From Candidatus Methylomirabilota bacterium (GTDB lineage Bacteria > Methylomirabilota > Methylomirabilia > Rokubacteriales > DASRDR01): 64,000 bases of DNA. The stretch is from contig DASZOL010000050.1 of NCBI GenBank assembly GCA_035550795.1, forward strand, positions 31,809-95,808, read 5' to 3'. The stretch's first letter is position 1; each line of letters starts with the position of its first letter. The notes beneath the pieces are model-generated. The model was not told the DNA's origin. It worked only from the letters and a program-made list of their open reading frames with translations, and ran no database searches. Both the position numbers and the translations under genes were made by a program. Shown piece after piece: positions 57,063 to 64,000 of this stretch.

Positions 57063-58235
57063 TCAGTGGCTGTAGGGGTCTGCGGCGTCGCGGAGGCCGT
57101 CGCCGACCAGGTTGAACGCCAGGACCGACAGAATGACGACGAGCCCCGGGATCAGGAGCCACGGCGCGAGCGCCAGCGTCTGGATGTTCTGCGCCTCCTG
57201 CAGGAGCACGCCCCAGCTGATGGCGGGCGGTCTGATCCCGAGCCCCAGGAACGAGAGGGAGGTCTCGTTGATGATCATGGCGGGAATCGCGAGCGTGCTC
57301 GTCGCAATGATGTGGCTCAGGAACGTCGGGACCATGTGACGCGCGATGATCCGTGCCCGGCTGCAGCCCGCCAGGTCGGCCGCGAGGACGAAGTCCTCCT
57401 CCCGGAGCGCCAGGAACCGGCTTCGCACCTCACGCCCGAGGGTCGTCCACCCCACCAGGGACAGGATGACGGTGATCGCGAAGAAGACCTGTATCGGCGT
57501 CCAGTCGCGGGGCAGCGCAGCCGTGAGCGCTAGCCAGATCGGGATCGTTGGGAGCGACTGGAGCAGCTCGATCAGGCGCTGGATCACCAAATCGGGCAGC
57601 CCGCCGAAGTACCCGGACACCCCCCCGAGCAGCACTCCCAGGACGACGCTGAGCGTCACCGCCACCAGGCCGATGGTCATCGATGTCTGGGTCCCGTGCA
57701 TGAGCCGCGACCACTGGTCGCGCCCCAGGCGGTCGGTTCCCAGCAGATGGACCCGGCCCGTCGTGTCCCCGTCGGCCGCGCCGAGCAGGTGGAGGCTCCA
57801 CGGCAGCAGGCCGAGCACGCGGTAGGGATAGCCCCGGACGAAGAAGCGGACGCGGACCTTCTGGGCGGGGTCGACCTGCCACTCCATGCGGAGCGTGGTC
57901 GGGTTGCGCTTGCCCACGACGGCCGGAACCCAGGGGCTCCACCGCACCCCCTCGAAGAGCCACGGGCCCTGCACCGGAATGAAGGCGAGGCGAGCCTCGG
58001 TGGCCTCGGGGTCCTGGGTGCTGAAGAAGTCGGGGCAGAGGACGACGGCATAGAGCCCGATCAGGACGACCGCGCTCGCCATGGCAAGACGGTGCTTCCG
58101 GAACCGCCACCAGACGAGGGTCCAGTTCGACGCGAGCGAGACCCGCTCCTCGGCCGCGGACGGGGGAGCGGCCAGGTCGGCGACGTCAGGGATCGGCGCT
58201 CCACCACGCTCCGGCTTCCGGGTTGCCTGGTCCAC
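57063..58235 (-). CDS. ABC transporter permease, OppC-like with extended N-terminus
   Basis: ORF 57063..58235 (GTG start). GTDRLGRDQWSRLMHGTQTSM and the C-terminal LVGDGLRDAADPY. A long N-terminal domain as in OppC. Confidence 0.85.
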   Translation of the reverse strand: MDQATRKPERGGAPIPDVADLAAPPSAAEERVSLASNWTLVWWRFRKHRLAMASAVVLIGLYAVVLCPDFFSTQDPEATEARLAFIPVQGPWLFEGVRWSPWVPAVVGKRNPTTLRMEWQVDPAQKVRVRFFVRGYPYRVLGLLPWSLHLLGAADGDTTGRVHLLGTDRLGRDQWSRLMHGTQTSMTIGLVAVTLSVVLGVLLGGVSGYFGGLPDLVIQRLIELLQSLPTIPIWLALTAALPRDWTPIQVFFAITVILSLVGWTTLGREVRSRFLALREEDFVLAADLAGCSRARIIARHMVPTFLSHIIATSTLAIPAMIINETSLSFLGLGIRPPAISWGVLLQEAQNIQTLALAPWLLIPGLVVILSVLAFNLVGDGLRDAADPYSH

Positions 58236-58238
58236 CCG

Positions 58239-59225
58239 TCAGTTCTCCATGCGGATCCGGGGGTCGAGCCAGGCGAGGAGCACGTCGGAGATCAGGGTGC
58301 CGATGATGGCCAGGAAGCAGTAGATCAGGAGGATGCTGCCCGCGAGGTACATGTCCTGATTGATGAGTGCCCGGAGAAGGAGCGGGCCGATGTTCGGGAT
58401 GTTCATCACGGTCGCGACGATCAGGCTGCCGGAGAACAGGGCCGGGAGGTACCAGCCGATCGTGCTGACGAGTGGGTTGAGCGCCAGCCGGGCGGGATAA
58501 CGGAGGACGAGGCGCCATTCGGGCAACCCCTTGGCGCGGGCGGTGACGACGTAGGGCTTGTTGAGCTCGTCGAGGAGGTTGGCCCGCATCACGCGGGTGA
58601 GCCGGGCGGTCCCGGCGACTCCCAGGACCACGGCCGGCAGCCAGATGTGCGCCAGGAGGTTGAGCACCCGAGCCAGGCTCCACGGCGCATCGACGAACTC
58701 GGGAGAGAAGAGCCCCGTGACCCCGATCCCGAGATACGCGAAGGCCCACCACATCAGGATCAACGCCAGCATGAAGTTAGGGGTGGCGACGCCGATGTAG
58801 TTGAGGACGGTGATGACGTAGTCGATGACCGACCGCTGGTGCGTGGCCGAGTAGATCCCCACCGGGATGGCGACCAGCCAGGTGAAGACGAACGAGAACA
58901 CGGCCAGGACGATCGTGAGCACGAGCCGCTCGCCGATCAGCTCCGTGTTGGGCCGCTGGTACTCGAGCGAGAGGCCGAGGTTGCCCCGGAGGACGTTGGC
59001 CATCCACCGCCAGTACTGGACGTGGAGCGGCTGGTCGAGCCCGTAGTCCCGCCGGAGGGCCTCGAACTGCTCGGCGCTGACCGAGCTGCCGGAGGAGGCG
59101 AGGGTGGCCATGTACGAGGTCAGGAAGTCGCCGGGCGGCGCCTGAACGATGGCGAACACGGCCACCGAGAAGACGAACAGAAGCAGAGGGAGGAGGACGA
59201 GGCGGCGCAGGGCATACCGGGTCAT
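58239..59225 (-). CDS. ABC transporter permease, OppB-like
   Basis: ORF 58239..59225. MTRYALRRLVLLPLLLFVFSVAVFAIVQAPPGD, TARAKGL and WLDPRIR. Confidence 0.9.
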   Translation of the reverse strand: MTRYALRRLVLLPLLLFVFSVAVFAIVQAPPGDFLTSYMATLASSGSSVSAEQFEALRRDYGLDQPLHVQYWRWMANVLRGNLGLSLEYQRPNTELIGERLVLTIVLAVFSFVFTWLVAIPVGIYSATHQRSVIDYVITVLNYIGVATPNFMLALILMWWAFAYLGIGVTGLFSPEFVDAPWSLARVLNLLAHIWLPAVVLGVAGTARLTRVMRANLLDELNKPYVVTARAKGLPEWRLVLRYPARLALNPLVSTIGWYLPALFSGSLIVATVMNIPNIGPLLLRALINQDMYLAGSILLIYCFLAIIGTLISDVLLAWLDPRIRMEN

Positions 59226-59316
59226 CGGGGATCCGTCCGGTCGTCGGGGCTACCCAGGCGAGCGTCGCTCAGGGGCAGTCGGCTGATGGGCGATCGGCTC
59301 GAGGGCGAGCCGCCGA

Positions 59317-59359
59317 GCCGCGCTCGGTCCACGCCATCGGGGGCGAGACCGAGCGCGGC
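59317..59359 (-). other. 13-bp perfect stem-loop immediately downstream of the SBP gene (intra-operon)
   Basis: GCCGCGCTCGGTC (59317-59329) pairs with GACCGAGCGCGGC (59347-59359) around a 17-nt loop. It begins 10 nt after the SBP stop (59370-59372) and lies 92 nt before the OppB start. Read directly. Confidence 0.55.
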
Positions 59360-59369
59360 GAGCAGGTGC

Positions 59370-61310
59370 CTACCTCGTGAAGAAGAACTGCTCCGGGCGC
59401 GCGTTCCCCGGGCTCCGGAGCGGCCAGTCGTTGCCGAGCGTCTTCGGGACGTTGTGAAGGCGGGAGTTCACCACGACCACACCCTGGACCATGGGGGTGA
59501 GGCCGATCGTTCCGATCTCGTAGACGTTGTCCGCCCAGATCCGGAAGATCTCCTGGGCCGCCTTGACCTGGCCGTCGGGACCCACCGTCCGTGCGGTGTC
59601 GACCAGCTCTACGATCTTCTTGATCGGCGCGGGTGGCTCCATGCCGTCCTTGCCCTTGGTGTCGTACCACTGCTTGAACAGCGGTCCGGTGGTCAGGATG
59701 GGGGAATTGCGCACGTCCGCCTTGGCGTTGCCGGTGAAGGGGAACGCCGTCGTGTCCTCGTTCCACATCTCGGTCTGGAGCTCGTTGGCCTCGCGCATCC
59801 GGAAGTGGAGGGCCCGCTCCCGGATCTGGACGACCGTCTTGACCCCGACCTTCTCCCAATCCTTCGCGATCAGCTGGGCGGTGTCGGGCCAGGAGGCGAA
59901 GGCCGGCACCACGGAGAGCTCGATCGACAGCGGCTTGCCGCTGGGCAGGAGCCGGATGCCCTGGGCATCCTTCTTGGCGAGGCCGATGCCGTCCAGCAGC
60001 TTGTTGGCCTCGTCCGGCTTGTACTGCGTGTACTTCCTCGCCCACTCGTCGCCGGGGAAGTACGGGTGCCAGGGGGCAGGAACCCCCTGCCGCGGTTCGC
60101 CGAGGCCGAGGAAGACCGATTCCTTGATCTGGTCGCGATTGATGGCGTAGGACAGGGCGATCCGGAAGTCCTTGGTCGCCATCACCTTCCCGAGCTCCGG
60201 ATCGGCCTTGTAGGATTGGTTGAACGCCACCACGGCGTCGGCGCCGCCGAAGGTGGGCCAGGTGATGACACGGTACTTCCCGCTCTTCTCGTTCTCCTTG
60301 AAGACCGGGTAGTTGGTCATCTGGATGTGCCGGGCCTGCATGTCGAACTCGCCCGCGATGGCGGCAAGGTTGAGCGCCTGGATGTCGGCGAAGAACGTGA
60401 AGCGGACCTCGTCCATGTAGGGGAGCTGGTTGCCGTCGGGATCCACGCCGACGAAGTACGGGTTCCGCCGGAGGGTGAAGACCTGGTCGCTGACGCGGGT
60501 CACAGGCACCCACGCGGCCATCGTCGGCCGCTCCGGGTTCTCGAACGGCGCGTTCCGGGCGGCGAAGAGCTCGGTCCACGTCTTGAAGCCGGCGGCCTGG
60601 ACGAGCTTGTCGATGTCTTCCTTCTTGGCGTAGGCCGGATGAAACTTCTTCAGGTAATGGGCCGGCAGGAAGACGGCGTACGTCCGGTCGCCTCCGTCCT
60701 GGTTCGCCACCGCCGTCAGGAAGAGAGTGGCCGCCTGCTTGTAAGTGAAGCGGACCGTCTGGGCGTCGACCTTCTCGACCGACGCGGGGGTGCCGTCTCC
60801 GTTGCGCATCCATCCCGGGAGGGCCGGTGTCAGGTCCTTGTTCAGGAGGACGTCCTTGTACCAGAAGAGGATGTCATCCGCCGTGAACGGTGCGCCGTCC
60901 GACCACCGGGAGCCCTTGCGCAGCCGGACGGTCCAGATCTTGAAGTCCGACGACGACTGCCACCCCGCGGCGATCTTCGGCTCGATCTTCGCCCCGTCTG
61001 GCGAGAACCGGACCAGGGCGTCGTAGACGACCCGCACGTAGTTGTTGAAGTCGGCGGGGCCGAGGAAGGCGCGGCGCCACACACCGCCGTACTGGCCGGT
61101 GCGCTCGACGACCGGGACGACCAGCGGGTCCTCCGGGAGGCGCTTGTCCACCGCCGGCAGCTTGCCGGCCTTGACCTGCTCCGCCAGCGTCGGCGCCTCC
61201 TTGAACTTGGAGGACTGCGCGGACGCGGGCCCTGCCGTGCTCGCCCACGTCCCAAGAGCGATGAGAAGGGCGAGGGCGATGACCGCCGGTCTTCTGCCGT
61301 TGAGGCTCAT
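59370..61310 (-). CDS. ABC transporter substrate-binding protein, family 5, large variant, cassette 5
   Basis: ORF 59370..61412, trimmed to ATG 61310, which is preceded by GGAGGA. Signal MSLNGRRPAVIALALLIALGTWASTAGPASA. 646 aa, about 120 aa longer than the other four SBPs. Confidence 0.85.
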   Translation of the reverse strand: MSLNGRRPAVIALALLIALGTWASTAGPASAQSSKFKEAPTLAEQVKAGKLPAVDKRLPEDPLVVPVVERTGQYGGVWRRAFLGPADFNNYVRVVYDALVRFSPDGAKIEPKIAAGWQSSSDFKIWTVRLRKGSRWSDGAPFTADDILFWYKDVLLNKDLTPALPGWMRNGDGTPASVEKVDAQTVRFTYKQAATLFLTAVANQDGGDRTYAVFLPAHYLKKFHPAYAKKEDIDKLVQAAGFKTWTELFAARNAPFENPERPTMAAWVPVTRVSDQVFTLRRNPYFVGVDPDGNQLPYMDEVRFTFFADIQALNLAAIAGEFDMQARHIQMTNYPVFKENEKSGKYRVITWPTFGGADAVVAFNQSYKADPELGKVMATKDFRIALSYAINRDQIKESVFLGLGEPRQGVPAPWHPYFPGDEWARKYTQYKPDEANKLLDGIGLAKKDAQGIRLLPSGKPLSIELSVVPAFASWPDTAQLIAKDWEKVGVKTVVQIRERALHFRMREANELQTEMWNEDTTAFPFTGNAKADVRNSPILTTGPLFKQWYDTKGKDGMEPPAPIKKIVELVDTARTVGPDGQVKAAQEIFRIWADNVYEIGTIGLTPMVQGVVVVNSRLHNVPKTLGNDWPLRSPGNARPEQFFFTR

Positions 61311-61457
61311 GTCGGATCCTCCGTTCGAAGCGGTCGCTGGCGTCTCGGTGGTGCCTGCGAGGGGTCCTGCCAAGCTCGGGGGCAGTCTAGGCGGACTCGG
61401 CGAGGCGGTCAAGAGCGCGAGGCCCTCCCGGCGAGCGCGTCCCGGGGCGCCGCTCGG

Positions 61458-62168
61458 TCAGGTGACTGTGCCGCCGATCACCCGCAGGACCGCGGGGTCT
61501 CGGCGGGCGCCGTCGGGGGGGCCACCGTAGATGATCTCGCCGCGCTCGATGACATAGAGGCGGCTCGCCTCGGGCGGGACGTGATGGACGTTGGACTCGG
61601 CCATCAGGATGGAGCGCCCCTGTCGCACGATGGCGGCGATGCTGGCGGCGACCGGCGGGATGATGGCCGGAGAGAGGCCCTCGAACGGCTCGTCGAGCAA
61701 GAGCAACCGGGGATCGAGCGCGAGCGCCCGGGCGATCGCGAGCATCTTGCGCTCGCCGCCGGACAGGTGGGTCCCGCCGCGCGCCGCGTAGGCGCGCAGG
61801 CGGGGAAACGCCTCGTAGGCGAGGGCGAGCCGCTCGGCGGCGGGCCGGCCGCCGGGCCGGGTCCAGGTCGCGATCTCGACGTTCTCCGCGACGGTGAGAT
61901 CGCCGAAAATCCCGCCCTCCTCGGGCGCGTAACCAACGCCCCGCCGGGCGATGGAGTGGGTCGGGAGCCCGCCGATCGTCTGGCCGTCGAGCTCGATCCG
62001 CCCGGAGACCGGACGGAGGTAACCCATCACGGTCCGGAGCGTGGTGGTCTTGCCCGCGCCGTTCCGGCCCACGAGGCACACGAGCGCGCCGGGCTCCACC
62101 GCGAGCGAGACGTCGCGGAGGATGTGGCTCGACTGGATGAAGACGTTGACCGCGTCGAGTCGCAGCAT
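61458..62168 (-). CDS. livF: branched-chain amino-acid ABC transporter ATP-binding protein, LivF-like
   Basis: ORF 61458..62168. Walker A GRNGAGKTT, signature LSGGERKMLAIARAL, Walker B LLLLDEP. Confidence 0.9.
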   Translation of the reverse strand: MLRLDAVNVFIQSSHILRDVSLAVEPGALVCLVGRNGAGKTTTLRTVMGYLRPVSGRIELDGQTIGGLPTHSIARRGVGYAPEEGGIFGDLTVAENVEIATWTRPGGRPAAERLALAYEAFPRLRAYAARGGTHLSGGERKMLAIARALALDPRLLLLDEPFEGLSPAIIPPVAASIAAIVRQGRSILMAESNVHHVPPEASRLYVIERGEIIYGGPPDGARRDPAVLRVIGGTVT

Positions 62169-62171
62169 CGG

Positions 62172-62948
62172 TCAGGGACCCGGGGCCGCGGACGCGGTGG
62201 CCGTCGCGCGCCCGACCAGCGTCGCCAGGACCGTTTCGTCCGTGCGCAATCCGTCCGGCGTCGTGTCGACGAGGATCCGCCCTTGCTGCAGCGCCACGAT
62301 CCGGTCGGAGTAGCCGAAGACGATATCCATGTCGTGCTCGACGAGGAGGATGGCCTGTACGCCGATGCCGCGCGAGGCGCGGACGAGCATCTGCATGACC
62401 GTGGTCTTGTCCCGGGTGGACACGCCGCTGGTGGGTTCGTCGAGGAGGATCGCCGCGGGCCGGAGAGCGAACGCGGCGGCGACGTCGAGAAGCTTCTTGT
62501 CGCCCTGAGGCAGCGTGCGACTCGGTGCGTGGAGCTTTTCGCCGAGGCCGAAGAGGTCCGCGACGTGCTCGGCGTCCCGCCGCACCTCGCCGTCGGCGGC
62601 GAGCGACGCCAGGAGCCGGCGGCCTCGGCCCAGGCGGGACACGGCGGCGGCCTGGAGCGTCTCGAGCACCGTCAGGTCCGGGAAGATCTGCACCAGCTGG
62701 AAGCTCCGCGCGAGCCCGAGGCGCGCCAGCCGAACCGGCCCGGCCCCCGCGATGTCGCGCCCCTTGAAGCGCACCGAGCCGGCACTGGGCTGCAGCAGCC
62801 CGGTCAGCACGTTGATGAGCGTGGACTTGCCGGCACCGTTCGGACCGATGATCGAGACGAGCTGGCCGGCCTCGACGCCGAGCGTGACCCCGTCCAGGGC
62901 GCAGAAGTCTCCGTAGAAATGCTTGACGTCCCGGGCCTCGATGATCAC
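62172..62948 (-). CDS. livG: branched-chain amino-acid ABC transporter ATP-binding protein, LivG-like
   Basis: ORF 62172..63371, trimmed to GTG 62948, which overlaps the upstream stop (GTGA). Walker A GPNGAGKST and Walker B ILLDEPTSG. The signature region is atypical (LPQGDKKLLDVAAA). Confidence 0.88.
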   Translation of the reverse strand: MIIEARDVKHFYGDFCALDGVTLGVEAGQLVSIIGPNGAGKSTLINVLTGLLQPSAGSVRFKGRDIAGAGPVRLARLGLARSFQLVQIFPDLTVLETLQAAAVSRLGRGRRLLASLAADGEVRRDAEHVADLFGLGEKLHAPSRTLPQGDKKLLDVAAAFALRPAAILLDEPTSGVSTRDKTTVMQMLVRASRGIGVQAILLVEHDMDIVFGYSDRIVALQQGRILVDTTPDGLRTDETVLATLVGRATATASAAPGP

Positions 62949-63907
62949 CGGTGCGCCGCCTCCGGGGGTTGCCGGCGCACCACGAGACCCGCGAGGCCTG
63001 TGGGGGCAAACAGGACGAGCGCGGCGAGGATGGCGCCGAAGACGAGGCGCCAGTAGAGGAAGAGCGACATGACGGTGTCCTGGAGGTAGATGAACACGAG
63101 CGCGCCGGCGATCGGGCCGAAGAAGCTGGCGAAGCCGCCGAGCAGCGTCATGAACACGAGGTTGCCGGAGTGGGTCCAGTAGGCGAGCGTCGGATCGACG
63201 TTGCCCGTCGGGACTGCCAGCAGGACGCCGCCGGCGCCGGCGTAGACGGCGGAGATCACGAACGCGTACCACCGATAGCGGGGCACGGACAGCCCCAGGG
63301 ACTCCGCCTTGAGGGGATTGTCGCGGACCGTCCGGAGGCAGAGCCCGAAGGGCGAATGGACGATGCGCCACATCGCGACCGTCGCAAGGACCAGGAGGGC
63401 CAGCGAGTAGTAGTAATACGGGCCGACCAGGTACGCTGTCTTTGACAGGTCGCCCAGGGGCTGACCCAGAAGCGACGGGCGGAGGAAGCGCATGCCCTCG
63501 TCGCCTCCCGTCAGGTGGTAGAACTTCAGCACGAAGGTGTAGAAGAGCATTCCGAAGGCGAGCGTCAGCATCCCGAAGTAGATCTTCACGTACCGGACGC
63601 AGAGGGCGCCGACCGGAGCGGCCACCGCGGCAGCCCCCAGCGCGGCTACCAGGAGGATGATCTCGATCGAGCGCACCCGTGTGTGGGTCGTGAGGAAGGC
63701 CCCGGTGTAGGCGCCGATGCCCAGGAAGAGGGCGTGGCCGAACGAGACGAGCCCCGTGTACCCGAAGAGGAGGTTCAGGCCGAGGAGCGCGATGCCGTAG
63801 GCCATGAACGGAAGCATCAGCGTCACGTGGTACGCCGGAGCCATCCGGGGAAGCGCCAGCGCGGCGGCGAGCGCGACGATCACCGCCACCGCCTGCGGGC
63901 GCCTCAC
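62945..63907 (-). CDS. livM: branched-chain amino-acid ABC transporter permease, LivM-like
   Basis: ORF 62945..63907 (GTG start overlaps the upstream stop). Polytopic. LLGLNLLFGYTGLVSFGHALFLGIGAY is typical of LivM/LivH-type permeases. Confidence 0.85.
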   Translation of the reverse strand: MRRPQAVAVIVALAAALALPRMAPAYHVTLMLPFMAYGIALLGLNLLFGYTGLVSFGHALFLGIGAYTGAFLTTHTRVRSIEIILLVAALGAAAVAAPVGALCVRYVKIYFGMLTLAFGMLFYTFVLKFYHLTGGDEGMRFLRPSLLGQPLGDLSKTAYLVGPYYYYSLALLVLATVAMWRIVHSPFGLCLRTVRDNPLKAESLGLSVPRYRWYAFVISAVYAGAGGVLLAVPTGNVDPTLAYWTHSGNLVFMTLLGGFASFFGPIAGALVFIYLQDTVMSLFLYWRLVFGAILAALVLFAPTGLAGLVVRRQPPEAAHR

Positions 63908-64000
63908 GCGACGACCGCCTTGCCGAAGAGCCCGCGCGGCCGGAGGACGAGCACCGCGATGACGATCAGGTAGATCAGCAGCATCTCGAGCGCGGGGTAG
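63904..64000 (-). CDS. livH: branched-chain amino-acid ABC transporter permease, LivH-like (3' end only; truncated by window edge)
   Basis: The minus-strand reading ...YPALEMLLIYLIVIAVLVLRPRGLFGKAVVA ends at TGA 63904-63906. The RPxGLFG ending is characteristic of the LivH C-terminus. Confidence 0.7.
   Translation of the reverse strand, partial: YPALEMLLIYLIVIAVLVLRPRGLFGKAVVA

Noticed and set aside
57696-63056. 1786-aa plus-strand ORF, the longest in the track
   Set aside because: Same reasoning. It is antisense to six consecutive, motif-rich ABC transporter genes (OppC, OppB, SBP, LivF, LivG, LivM). The sequence is RGDEH-rich with no motifs.

Overview
High-GC (roughly 68-72 % by eye) bacterial chromosomal segment, almost fully coding. 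I call about 59 protein genes, mostly on the minus strand. Twelve gene junctions have overlapping start and stop codons (GTGA, ATGA, TTGA or TGATG), and GTG/TTG starts are common.

Content is dominated by solute uptake:
- five family-5 (peptide/nickel, Dpp/Opp-type) ABC importer cassettes;
- the distal part of a Liv-type branched-chain amino-acid ABC operon;
- two MFS transporters.

These are interleaved with redox and catabolic enzymes: an M81/MlrC-like peptidase, NDH-2, a TPP enzyme, MoaA, kynureninase, an FAD/GcvT demethylase-type oxidoreductase, a P450, an enolase-superfamily enzyme, SDR/MDR/AKR reductases and a MetE-like Zn transferase. Housekeeping items are Dps, a Dus-type tRNA modifier and 3-methyladenine glycosylase.

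I saw no rRNA, tRNA, CRISPR array, transposase, integrase or recognisable defence genes. The very long plus-strand ORFs in the track (1518 aa, 1786 aa and others) are antisense shadow ORFs, as expected at this GC content.

I did not find an unambiguous new system. The best leads are:
1. Four of the five Dpp-type cassettes lack ATPase genes.
2. A DUF4242 gene is paired with a double-zinc-ribbon / class III cyclase / P-loop / TPR giant.
3. Two importer-linked enzyme modules: a DMGDH-like enzyme with P450 and hydrolase, and an Opp operon fused to a MetE-like gene and a Zn-ADH.
4. An SDR gene is broken by three +1 homopolymer frameshifts.
5. A 21-bp x3 tandem repeat contains the stop codon of an MBL hydrolase gene.
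6. Several candidate regulatory elements: a structured moaA leader, an 8-2-8 palindrome, a 12-mer tandem upstream of dps, two leaderless-type promoters, and hairpins distal to the SBP genes.

All family assignments come from motif recognition by eye. Start codons are predictions.
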